Assembly (NCBI GenBank): GCA_964500645.1
Contig: CAZCOH010000005.1
Coordinates: 5,297 to 69,296, forward strand
DNA from: an uncultured Dehalococcoidia bacterium
GTDB taxonomy: Bacteria > Chloroflexota > Dehalococcoidia > Lucifugimonadales > UBA826
Reading direction: 5' to 3'
Length of the DNA: 64,000 nt
The notes under the pieces were generated by a model. It did not search any database. It worked only from the letters and a program-made list of their open reading frames with translations, and was not told the DNA's origin. Position numbers and translations under genes: made by a program. Below are positions 37,330 through 46,169 of this stretch, in pieces; position 1 is the stretch's first letter, and the number at the start of each line of letters is the position of its first letter.

Positions 37330-38322
37330 ATGAAATCAGTAGGAATCATAGCAAACCCAGCCTCTGGAAAGGACATACGACGCCTCATTTCTCAAAGTCG
37401 CTTAGTCACCAACCAAGAAAAAATAAACATAGTTAAGCGTATATTGGGAGGTTTAGAGGCTGGTGGTATAGATAAAGTTTTATTTATGCCGGATTATTCA
37501 AATTTAGGAAAGAGTGCAGCAAATGAGTATCATGGCCTCATTCAAACGGAAATCTTGGACGTACCAATCTTTAACAAAGACATAGATACTATTAATTCCG
37601 TAAAAGAAATGATTCAGCGTGATGTTAGCGTAATAATCGCATTGGGCGGTGATGGAACCTCTCGCGCTGTTAGCGCAGCCTCCGAATCTATCCCAATCCT
37701 CCCTGTTTCTACAGGAACAAACAACGTGTTTCCGTTTATGGTTGAAGGTACCTTAGCCGGCATATCGACTGCCTATGTTGTCCAACATCCGGAATCCCTT
37801 TCAATTTGCGCCCCGGTTCAAAAAAAGTTTGACGTCGAAACGGATTCTGGTTTAAAAGATATATCGCTCGTTGACATAGCAGTGTCAAAGGAGTACTTCG
37901 TTGGATCTCGTGCTATCTGGAATATAAATTCGGTCTCAGAATTATTTTTGGCAATTGCCGAACCCCATGCTATCGGTTTGTCATCAATAGGTGGATGGGC
38001 AAATCCTATACACCGAAATGAACCTAAGGGATTACACATTAGGTTTTCAGAAAAACCGACCGGTTATTCCGTTTCCGCTCCCATAGTGCCAGGCATACTT
38101 TCTGAAGTCTATATAGACTCTTTAAACGTCATAGATAAAAATCAAATAAACGAAGTTTCTTTGTCTCCATCTACTATAGCCCTTGACGGAGAACGCACTA
38201 TACCCATTAGAGAAGGAGAAAAAGTGCAGGTGACTCTAAACATATATGGGCCAACCGTATTAAATCCGTTCATCGCCATCAGAGAGGCTGCGAAGAATAA
38301 TTTTTTAAATAGTTGGGAATAA
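37330..38322 (+). CDS. ATP-NAD kinase-like family protein (AcoX/COG3199-like)
   Basis: 330-aa ORF. The GIIANPASGKD N-terminus, ALGGDGTSRAV and STGTNNVFP resemble the diacylglycerol/NAD kinase-like fold. Confidence 0.65.
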   Translation: MKSVGIIANPASGKDIRRLISQSRLVTNQEKINIVKRILGGLEAGGIDKVLFMPDYSNLGKSAANEYHGLIQTEILDVPIFNKDIDTINSVKEMIQRDVSVIIALGGDGTSRAVSAASESIPILPVSTGTNNVFPFMVEGTLAGISTAYVVQHPESLSICAPVQKKFDVETDSGLKDISLVDIAVSKEYFVGSRAIWNINSVSELFLAIAEPHAIGLSSIGGWANPIHRNEPKGLHIRFSEKPTGYSVSAPIVPGILSEVYIDSLNVIDKNQINEVSLSPSTIALDGERTIPIREGEKVQVTLNIYGPTVLNPFIAIREAAKNNFLNSWE

Positions 38323-38428
38323 ATTCTGATTGGACTAAAACATTCACACACAAAACCGATCAATCTCATTGATCTCTAAACGATTATTATTTAAGCAATG
38401 TGTTTGCACAAAATCACGGAATAGATCA

Positions 38429-38947
38429 CTAATCTGATAGTAATTCTCTAACTTTTTCATAATCTTTCACGGCCGCCTCTTTTTCTCCAATCTTCCAAAG
38501 AAGCATCCCTCTATTGTTTAATGCATACCAATATTTATCATCAAGTGCGATAGCTTTATCAAAATCCTTTAGTGCGTCGTCATACATGAAAAGATCTGAG
38601 TATGCCATGCCTCTATTATTGTAGGCATCCCTGTAATTTACATCCAAAGAGATAGCAGCTGTCAAATCATCTATGGACAGCTGGGATTCACCTAAACCAC
38701 GGTATGATATACCCCTGTTATTGTAAACTGGAGGATCTGCTTTTCCAGAGTCGATAATCTTTGTGTAATCCTCTATAGCTTCGCCGAATCTACCTATATC
38801 TAAGTATCCGTTTCCCCTTAAAAATAGATTCCGCGGATCCCTAGGATCTGCTAAAAGTTCCATAGTTAGCGTTTCAATGATTTCTAATACATAGTCATTG
38901 TCGCTTTTCCCACTCAAATTCTCATCATTTTGCCAGTTATAAACCAT
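38429..38947 (-). CDS. tetratricopeptide (TPR) repeat protein
   Basis: 172-aa ORF with 4-5 consecutive 34-residue TPR-like units: YNNRGISY, AYNNRGMAY, ALNNRGMLL. Confidence 0.8.
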   Translation of the reverse strand: MVYNWQNDENLSGKSDNDYVLEIIETLTMELLADPRDPRNLFLRGNGYLDIGRFGEAIEDYTKIIDSGKADPPVYNNRGISYRGLGESQLSIDDLTAAISLDVNYRDAYNNRGMAYSDLFMYDDALKDFDKAIALDDKYWYALNNRGMLLWKIGEKEAAVKDYEKVRELLSD

Positions 38948-38954
38948 TATTTAT

Positions 38955-39458
38955 CTACCCTGTAGTACGACAATTATGTTCATAAATGTGTCGTAAAGCA
39001 TCATTGACCCTAAGTTTTGTCGACAATACTGTTTTCTCGGGGAATTGAGAGGGGTCAAAATAACCAATATCCAGACTTTCCTCCGAGGTAGCCAAAGTCC
39101 CTGAATCTTTGTGGCAGATATAAACAGCTGCGACGTATTGAATAAGGTTCCCATCTGGATATTGGACGACTGTATAGTCAGATATATCAGAGTAGACCTT
39201 GATGAGGCAGCTAACATGAACACAGAGACCTGTTTCTTCATATACTTCTCTAACCGTGCACTCTTATAAAGATTCTCCAGGGTCTATCCCACCACCGGGC
39301 AATCCCCACCAATAATTGTCCGATCGTAATTGAAGTAGAACTTCATTTTTTTCGTTAAAAATTATCCCAGTCCCAGAAGCCCGCACATGATCCGGAATTC
39401 TAGTCAATGGCTCACCCGTGAAATCGGTTTGATGCATTAAATCTTCCGCCTCGATCAT
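38955..39458 (-). pseudogene. NUDIX hydrolase interrupted by one in-frame TAA (39264..39266); otherwise a continuous reading frame
   Basis: Hand translation gives ...GLPGGGIDPGESL-TAA-ECTVREVYEETGL... in one frame. This fits G-x5-E-x7-REUxEExGU exactly, with the stop at an x position. The frame continues for about 100 codons to the TAG at 38955. The track's 96-aa ORF 38951..39241 is out of frame. Confidence 0.75.
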
Positions 39459-40072
39459 AATTTTCTAGCGCTCCCAACAATATTGGGAATTTTTACGAGA
39501 GTATTTATTTCTAGATCAAAATCGTAAATTTCCACTTTTTCAAAATTAGATTTCATAAGAGCTCTTTTTAAATCCCTCTTAAGGTGACAACCCGTAGTGA
39601 AGAACTGCCAGCAGGGGTCCAGGATTGTCTGGAAAGTATGACCAAACCTTTTGGTTGAAATAACATGTTCATAAAAATAAAAAACACCCCCTGGTTTGAG
39701 TACTCGATAGGCCTCTTCAATTACTTGATCTACATCGTCAACCATGCACAGGACCAACGTCGTAAACACCGAATCAAATGTACAATCCAAATACCCTAAG
39801 TCTTCCCCATAATACGATGTTAGAGAAGCATTTGTACCGATTTTAATTGCATTAGCAGAGAATTTTTTTCTCATATGAGGATCGGGCTCAGTGGCATCAA
39901 TGCTGACACATCGATCAAGATACTTTAAATTGGCCCCTGTACCACCCCCTATTTCCAAGACCCGACCTCGACATTGCCCTGCGGTCATTTCTCTATATGG
40001 AATGACTTTAGACTCAACTACGGCATTTAAAAGATCATAGAATTCCGCGAAAACCCATTTGGACAAGGACAA
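39455..40072 (-). CDS. class I SAM-dependent methyltransferase (Methyltransf_11-like)
   Basis: 205-aa ORF with motif I VLEIGGGTGANL and LKPGGVFYFYEH. Its stop overlaps the NUDIX start (ATGA). Confidence 0.8.
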   Translation of the reverse strand: MSLSKWVFAEFYDLLNAVVESKVIPYREMTAGQCRGRVLEIGGGTGANLKYLDRCVSIDATEPDPHMRKKFSANAIKIGTNASLTSYYGEDLGYLDCTFDSVFTTLVLCMVDDVDQVIEEAYRVLKPGGVFYFYEHVISTKRFGHTFQTILDPCWQFFTTGCHLKRDLKRALMKSNFEKVEIYDFDLEINTLVKIPNIVGSARKL

Positions 40073-40097
40073 TTTTAGTTACCGTGAGGAAAATCCA

Positions 40098-41189
40098 TTA
40101 ATGATGACAACCTCTTGCTGGTATATCCCAAACCGCTTCAACCAAATCGTCCCTAATCGCTATAAATGAGTCCCAACGATTCACCATGATGTCCTGTTGA
40201 GAACTAAGTAAATGCAGTTTTGTTCCTTTTTGCAATGGTACTTTGAGCGGATCAAACCTTATTACGGAATGAGATGATTCCATTTTAATAAATTCTATAT
40301 CTTCCATACCTTCTATGACTGGAGCAACCTTAAAAGGACCTCCTAGGCACTGAATACCAGCATCTATGAAGGCAAAATCGTCCTTGACATCAATCACCGT
40401 AGTTAAAATCTTACCTGCCATTTCAAAATCATCCATATATCCAGTCGGGGCGCTCATCAAGGCATATGTCCCTCCTTCAACTTCAGTTACACCTGGAATC
40501 TCAGCCGCAACATCGATAGTAAAAGTCTCTCCGGAAGAAACAATTTTTACTTCAATTCCTGCTTCTTCAATCGCCCTCTTTACATCTAAGCATTGTTCTA
40601 TAAATTTTTTCCCTTCAGTAAATCTGACTTCCCTGTCAGCCCAACCCTCTACCGTTTGGTGGCTCATAACTCCCAAAAATTCAACAGATGGTAATTCCTC
40701 TGCCAGTTCAGCTAGCCTCACTCCCTGTTCAGGAGTACGAACCCCTGCACGGCCCATTGATGTGTCCACTTCTATCAATACACCCAAATTAACTCCAGAT
40801 GAAGTGGCGGTTTTGGATATTAAGGAAAGATTTTCCTCATTGTCGATGCATAATTTTATGTCCGCAATTTTCGCCAATGAACATAATCTAGAAAGCTTGC
40901 CTTGGTCCACCACTTCTGAAGTCACCAAAATATCACGTATGCCGGATTGGACCATAACTTCGGCTTCGGCCACCTTAGCTACGCATACACCCCCCACTGT
41001 ACCTCCTCGATCAATTTGGCGTTGCAATACAACTGGGCTCTTTATATTTTTTGCATGCTGTCTCATTTTACATTCAGTCTCAGCATACATATTGGAAACA
41101 ACGGAATAATTGTGATCTAGCCTCTCTATGTCAATAATAAGAGCAGGGGTTTCAATATTTTCGATGTGTGAACCTAATTGCGGATACAT
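40098..41189 (-). CDS. fold-type III PLP enzyme, D-threonine aldolase / D-serine dehydratase (DSD1)-like
   Basis: 363-aa ORF. ETPALIID, MRQHAKNIKSP (matching the RPHxKxHK PLP-lysine motif), GVMSHQ and the C-terminal WDIPARGCHH are present. Confidence 0.8.
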   Translation of the reverse strand: MYPQLGSHIENIETPALIIDIERLDHNYSVVSNMYAETECKMRQHAKNIKSPVVLQRQIDRGGTVGGVCVAKVAEAEVMVQSGIRDILVTSEVVDQGKLSRLCSLAKIADIKLCIDNEENLSLISKTATSSGVNLGVLIEVDTSMGRAGVRTPEQGVRLAELAEELPSVEFLGVMSHQTVEGWADREVRFTEGKKFIEQCLDVKRAIEEAGIEVKIVSSGETFTIDVAAEIPGVTEVEGGTYALMSAPTGYMDDFEMAGKILTTVIDVKDDFAFIDAGIQCLGGPFKVAPVIEGMEDIEFIKMESSHSVIRFDPLKVPLQKGTKLHLLSSQQDIMVNRWDSFIAIRDDLVEAVWDIPARGCHH

Positions 41190-41217
41190 GTCAAACCTCT
41201 AGTGTTATTTACTACGA

Positions 41218-42264
41218 TTAAAAATATCTACCTCTCGCTTCGACCTTCCAAATCGAAGTGAGAACACCATCGGACAAAACGTTCATATAATCGTATAAAT
41301 TACATGTATCAGAGATATTGGAAGGGATCAGGACAACCCTTTCAGCGAGTTCGCAATCGTTGCTCGGCTTACTGATTTCCAAAAACCCATGTTCTGCACT
41401 CATTTTGTCGACCCTTAATGAATCTTTATAAAGTAGATGCGGTAATCCGTTGTCTATTGAAATGGCCTTTTGTCCACAATCTATAAAAGCCTGATCTTCA
41501 ATTGGCAAACTCATAATCGACGATACTACACCGATTAGTAGTTCATCTTTTTGAAGAGACTCATCCAATGTCCATATATTAGAACCATCAATTATCTCAC
41601 TGGTCATCGGGGGTATGCTCGGTACGGCTGATTCCGATTCACAAATGGCAACAATGTCTGATTCCAAGTGTTCTTCCTGCGGATCGTCTAAACCCTGTAT
41701 AAGGCGGGATAAGCTAGAGGAATCAGCGAGTTCATTACTGTGAGACCATTCAAAAAATATGCCTTGATAGGACAGAAAGCCATCCTTATCTTTTAGATAT
41801 TCTTCATAGCGATTGACTGAAATCCCAAGTTCAGTGGGATTCAATGCAATTCTCAACAAAATCTTAAATTCACTATTCTTTTCTCCCCTAAATTGAGCTA
41901 ATTCCTCAGCCTGTCCCAAATCATTCGCACATATAGTCAAACTACATTGTGTGATCAGCGATTGTAGAAGACTATTGGGATCTTCCAGAGGTAATCTGCC
42001 GACCAGAATATTCTTGACACCATGAGCTGCAAAAATAAGAGCCTCGGATAGGGTCTCCACATAAATCCTTTCTTCTCCAACAAAATGCGTTAAAGAAGGG
42101 GTCCTGTGCACGGAACCATTACTTCTAAATGTCCTATCGTCTCCCGCTAAGGTTTTGGATACACTTCGCCACTTTTTCTTATAGGCTTCCCCATCCAAAA
42201 TGAGACTTGGAGTATCTAACTCTTCAAGCTTGGTCCCAATAGACTTCTGAATTGGCCTTTCCAT
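41218..42264 (-). CDS. divergent paralogue of the DSD1/D-TA-like enzyme, apparently lacking the PLP lysine
   Basis: 348-aa ORF, colinear with the neighbour: DTPSLILD vs ETPALIID, AFIDCGQKA vs AFIDAGIQC, WKVEARGRYF vs WDIPARGCHH. It reads FRSNGSVHRTP where the neighbour has MRQHAKNIKSP. Confidence 0.6.
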   Translation of the reverse strand: MERPIQKSIGTKLEELDTPSLILDGEAYKKKWRSVSKTLAGDDRTFRSNGSVHRTPSLTHFVGEERIYVETLSEALIFAAHGVKNILVGRLPLEDPNSLLQSLITQCSLTICANDLGQAEELAQFRGEKNSEFKILLRIALNPTELGISVNRYEEYLKDKDGFLSYQGIFFEWSHSNELADSSSLSRLIQGLDDPQEEHLESDIVAICESESAVPSIPPMTSEIIDGSNIWTLDESLQKDELLIGVVSSIMSLPIEDQAFIDCGQKAISIDNGLPHLLYKDSLRVDKMSAEHGFLEISKPSNDCELAERVVLIPSNISDTCNLYDYMNVLSDGVLTSIWKVEARGRYF

Positions 42265-42431
42265 AAATCCCTCTCGAGATGTTTTTCTTATAAAATATTC
42301 CTTGATTCTCCCATAACAGAAAACAAATTATTCAGTGATTTGGTAAGAGAAAATCTACCAGATAGCGTACTGTTAAAATATCTCAGGAGCAAATCAAAGA
42401 CTTGTTTTTAAAAAAACGGAATAACAAATAA

Positions 42432-42938
42432 ATGATCAAAACAGACAACATCGATTTGAAAGTTGAGATCTTGGCAAACGGCATATCTGAGGTTGATGGA
42501 TATATCCGACGCACGAATGACGATATTTTTTATCATGTTGTCGATGGTGCCAATGCCAGTAGTGGGAGTTTTTCCGTAGATAGTTTAGATTCGGCCCACA
42601 TACAATCGACGACGCGTGAGTCCAACTCAACATTTGTCTGGGTGGGTCTATCAGTCGTCTTAGGTTTATGTTTCTTTTTTATGATTGAAAATACTCTTCT
42701 TCAACTCACTCTAGTGGGACTCTCAGGCCTGATGGGGCTGTACCTTTTATATGATCATTTCTCTCAGCCAAATGGCCTGCAGGTCGTTCTTTGCACCAAA
42801 TCTTCTGAGATAAGGTTAAAAATCTTCGGTCACGGGCGAGGCATGGAACTAAGTGATTCATTACACAACATCACCGTAACCAATGTTCAGCCACTCGATG
42901 ACAACCCTGTCACTAAACGTCTATTTGCGCCAAGATAA
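42432..42938 (+). CDS. hypothetical membrane protein
   Basis: 168-aa ORF filling an otherwise empty interval. Two adjacent hydrophobic helices are present (FVWVGLSVVLGLCFFFMI, LTLVGLSGLMGLYLLY). The RBS is weak and I recognise no family. Confidence 0.4.
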   Translation: MIKTDNIDLKVEILANGISEVDGYIRRTNDDIFYHVVDGANASSGSFSVDSLDSAHIQSTTRESNSTFVWVGLSVVLGLCFFFMIENTLLQLTLVGLSGLMGLYLLYDHFSQPNGLQVVLCTKSSEIRLKIFGHGRGMELSDSLHNITVTNVQPLDDNPVTKRLFAPR

Positions 42939-42949
42939 CTTTACACGCT

Positions 42950-43978
42950 CTAATCAGATAGGGATAACCCTGGAACTGCATCCATATCCCATTCAGTAGA
43001 CCCACATTCTTTGAAGCGATAGAAGGCGGCCGCCCCAATCATTGCTCCGTTATCCGTGCAAAGCCCGGGCCTTGGAGCAACAACAGGAACCTTAGACTCT
43101 CGTGAAAGAGTTTTCCGTAGTTCCGTATTAGCTGCAACCCCTCCACCAATAAGAATACCCTTCCCATCATACATATCTACAGCTTTCAAAGTTCGGGCCA
43201 CCAAGCAATCTACTATGGCGTTTTGAAACGCCAATGCATAACTTCTGACTACACTCTCGGATGGACTATTATCATCTTGAATCGGATAGAAACCATCATC
43301 TTCCGCTCTCCTCACAACTGCAGTTTTTAGTCCACTAAAACTAAAATCCAGTGACCCTTTAATCACCGGCCTCGGAAAGGGATCAATATGATGATCTGTT
43401 TTTTCCGCTTCCCTTTGTATTTCCGGACCACCAGGAAACCCAAGTCTCAAAACCCTGGCAACTTTATCAAATGCCTCTCCAGCTGCATCATCACGAGTTT
43501 TTGCAAGCAACTCGTAATCTAAGTGTCCCTTCATCAAAACAAGCTCTGTATGTCCCCCCGAAGCTATTAAACAAACTAGAGGAAATTCCGTTCCTGATTT
43601 CTCAAACAGGCCTTCCAACCAACCTGAATATATATGACCCTCAAGATGATTAATCCCGATTAGAGGTTTATCCCATGCCATAGCGAACCCCTTTGCAGCA
43701 TTGACGCCGACCAAAAGAGACCCAGCCAGCCCGGGACCATGTGTTACAGCAATACCATCAATCTCTGATGGCATTAATTTAGCTAAATCAAGCGCCTCGT
43801 TAACTACAGGGACCATTGTCGTAAGATGTTCTCTGGAACATATTTCAGGAATAATTCCACCATATCGTTCATGCATGTATGTTTGAGAGGAAACTACATT
43901 TGATAGAACGGCGGACCCATCTTTTATCACCGCCGCAGCTGTGTCATCACACGAGGTCTCGATACCTAGAATATTCAT
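42950..43978 (-). CDS. tsaD: tRNA N6-adenosine threonylcarbamoyltransferase
   Basis: 342-aa ORF with ILGIETSCDDTAAAV, HLEGHI, SGGHTEL and GGVAAN, as in the Kae1/TsaD family. Confidence 0.93.
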   Translation of the reverse strand: MNILGIETSCDDTAAAVIKDGSAVLSNVVSSQTYMHERYGGIIPEICSREHLTTMVPVVNEALDLAKLMPSEIDGIAVTHGPGLAGSLLVGVNAAKGFAMAWDKPLIGINHLEGHIYSGWLEGLFEKSGTEFPLVCLIASGGHTELVLMKGHLDYELLAKTRDDAAGEAFDKVARVLRLGFPGGPEIQREAEKTDHHIDPFPRPVIKGSLDFSFSGLKTAVVRRAEDDGFYPIQDDNSPSESVVRSYALAFQNAIVDCLVARTLKAVDMYDGKGILIGGGVAANTELRKTLSRESKVPVVAPRPGLCTDNGAMIGAAAFYRFKECGSTEWDMDAVPGLSLSD

Positions 43979-44655
43979 AGAGAATCAGCCGATACGGCCC
44001 TCTTTAAATCAAAGTATGCTTGGGTTACCGAAAAATCTGGATTAAATACGGCACTTCCAGCGACAACCAGATCAGCTCCCGCATTGTGTATTGATCTTAT
44101 AGTGCTGATGTTCACCCCTCCATCAACTTGAATTTTCAATTTAAGTTGCTTCTTTACGATCTTCTCTCTAAGTTCGGATATTTTAACTAGCGACTCTTTT
44201 ATAAAACTTTGTCCTCCGTAACCCGGCTCGACGGACATAATTAACACTTGGTCAATGATGTCCAAGTAAGGATAAATTTCCTTTAAAGAGGTTGATGGGT
44301 TAAGAGCCAAACAAGAATTCAATCCTAGATTCTTAATGATTCTCAAATCTGAGGCTGGGTTTGCAAGTGTTTCAATGTGTAAACTTACTGAATCGACCCC
44401 TGTGGCAGATAATTCTTCGGCAAATCGTATAGGAGAGACGACCATCATGTGTACGTCTATGAAGCCTGTAAAATTTTCCCTGACAGCGTGGATTATTTGA
44501 GTACCAAAAGTTATAGGTGGAACAAACTGACCATCCATCATGTCGACATGAATGCCTGTAAACCCTGCAGTCTCAGCTTCCTTGAGCTGATTAGCCAGAT
44601 TTGAAAAATCAGCCGACAGAATAGATGGATATATATCTAGATCACCCTCACCCAT
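43975..44655 (-). CDS. rpe: ribulose-phosphate 3-epimerase
   Basis: 226-aa ORF with PSILSADF, HVDMMDGQFVP, MSVEPGYGGQ and VDGG. Confidence 0.92.
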   Translation of the reverse strand: MGEGDLDIYPSILSADFSNLANQLKEAETAGFTGIHVDMMDGQFVPPITFGTQIIHAVRENFTGFIDVHMMVVSPIRFAEELSATGVDSVSLHIETLANPASDLRIIKNLGLNSCLALNPSTSLKEIYPYLDIIDQVLIMSVEPGYGGQSFIKESLVKISELREKIVKKQLKLKIQVDGGVNISTIRSIHNAGADLVVAGSAVFNPDFSVTQAYFDLKRAVSADSL

Positions 44656-46039
44656 TCATCTGCCCCTTTAATTGACTTTTGGCATCCTTCAATGCAACGG
44701 CGACACGAGACCTTGCAGTTCCTCCGTAAACATCTCTCGCATCTATTGAAGATTCCAACGTAATCCCTTTTACATCCGATTCAAAAAGATCTGAAAATTT
44801 CCTAAATTCCTCGATTGTTAGATTTTCGATCGACTTATTTTCTAATAAACAATAATCAGAAATTTTGTCAACTATGTTGTAGGCTTCCCTAAAGGGTATG
44901 CCTTTACCAACCAAATAATCTGCTATATCAGTCGCTAGCAGTAGGCCTGTAGAAGAAGAATTACTCGTAGCCTGCTGATTAATTGTCGCGCCCTCTAACA
45001 TTCCTTTGAAAACCACCAATATACTTGAGAGTGAATCATAGGTATCGAAAAAGCCTTCCTTATCTTCCTGTAGATCTCTGTTATAAGTAAGAGGGAGACC
45101 CTTCAAAACAGTTAACAATGAAAGTAAATTTCCATATATTCTTCCTGTTTTACCACGGGAAATCTCAGCGAAATCAGGATTTCTTTTCTGTGGCATCATA
45201 CTGCTTCCAGTCGTGTATTCAGGAGAAAGTGTGAGCCATCCAAATTCCTGTGAAGTCCATAAAATAACTTCTTCTGAAAACCTTGAAATATGCATCACAC
45301 AGATCGAAGCGGCATTTAAATAGTTCAATAGAAAATCGCGATCAGAGACCGCATCCATACTGTTTTTGCTTAATTCTGAAAACCCGAGTTCTCTAGCAAC
45401 AAATGATCTGTCTATGTCATAAGTCACGCCAGCTAGAGCCCCGCTTCCTAATGGCATAACATCCGAGGATTTATAGACAGCTTGAAATCTTTCAAAGTCA
45501 CGGGTAAACATTTCGAAATAAGAAAGCAAATGATGAGCAAACAAAACGGGCTGGGCTTTTTGAAGGTGAGTGTATCCGGGAATAATAATCTCAGAATTAG
45601 ATTCAGCTAAAATTAATACTTGTTCCTGAAGCTCTGTAATTAAAGTTAAAGTGTGCCTTGTCGCCTTCTTTACATACATACGCATGTCAAGACAAACTTG
45701 ATCATTTCTGGATCTACCGGTGTGCAGTTTACCGGCAACCGCTCCTATCTTTTCATGTAGACGGGATTCAATGTTCATATGGATGTCCTCTAAGGTCCTA
45801 TCCCAAGGGAACTTCTCTATTTCAATCTCCTGTTCTATTTCAATAAGGGCATCGACTATCAGATCACAATCGGCGGACGGTATAATACCTTGGGCCGCCA
45901 ACATCTTTACGTGTGCAATCGAGCCGTCAATATCTTCTTTATATAGGCGCCTGTCATAATCAAGAGAAACAGTAAAATCTCCAACCAGCTTGGAAATGGT
46001 CTTCAATGCACCTTTTTTGTTCTGTGAATTCGCTTTCAT
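44648..46039 (-). CDS. argH: argininosuccinate lyase
   Basis: 463-aa ORF. GSIAHVKML, TGRSRNDQV, PGYTHLQKAQP and the GSSMMPQKRNPD signature are present. Confidence 0.95.
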   Translation of the reverse strand: MKANSQNKKGALKTISKLVGDFTVSLDYDRRLYKEDIDGSIAHVKMLAAQGIIPSADCDLIVDALIEIEQEIEIEKFPWDRTLEDIHMNIESRLHEKIGAVAGKLHTGRSRNDQVCLDMRMYVKKATRHTLTLITELQEQVLILAESNSEIIIPGYTHLQKAQPVLFAHHLLSYFEMFTRDFERFQAVYKSSDVMPLGSGALAGVTYDIDRSFVARELGFSELSKNSMDAVSDRDFLLNYLNAASICVMHISRFSEEVILWTSQEFGWLTLSPEYTTGSSMMPQKRNPDFAEISRGKTGRIYGNLLSLLTVLKGLPLTYNRDLQEDKEGFFDTYDSLSSILVVFKGMLEGATINQQATSNSSSTGLLLATDIADYLVGKGIPFREAYNIVDKISDYCLLENKSIENLTIEEFRKFSDLFESDVKGITLESSIDARDVYGGTARSRVAVALKDAKSQLKGQMNG

Positions 46040-46169
46040 AAATAATCTGTATATCCGCTGCTCAGGACATTATTCCTTAGTATTTATCCCTTCCATAATA
46101 TACGAAATTATTACTGGGTCCAGCACTTCGTAATGCTATACTCAGTGAACATAAAGCAGGACCCTATTT

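Noticed and set aside
38951-39241. 96-aa track ORF on the minus strand
   Set aside because: It is out of frame with respect to the NUDIX reading frame that carries REVYEETGL. The NUDIX frame explains this region; the ORF is a frame artefact.
40366-41109. 247-aa plus-strand ORF, the longest unassigned ORF in the track
   Set aside because: It is fully antisense to the DSD1/D-TA-like gene. Its Ser/Thr/Pro/Ile-rich low-complexity composition is typical of the shadow frame of a real gene, and it has no motifs.
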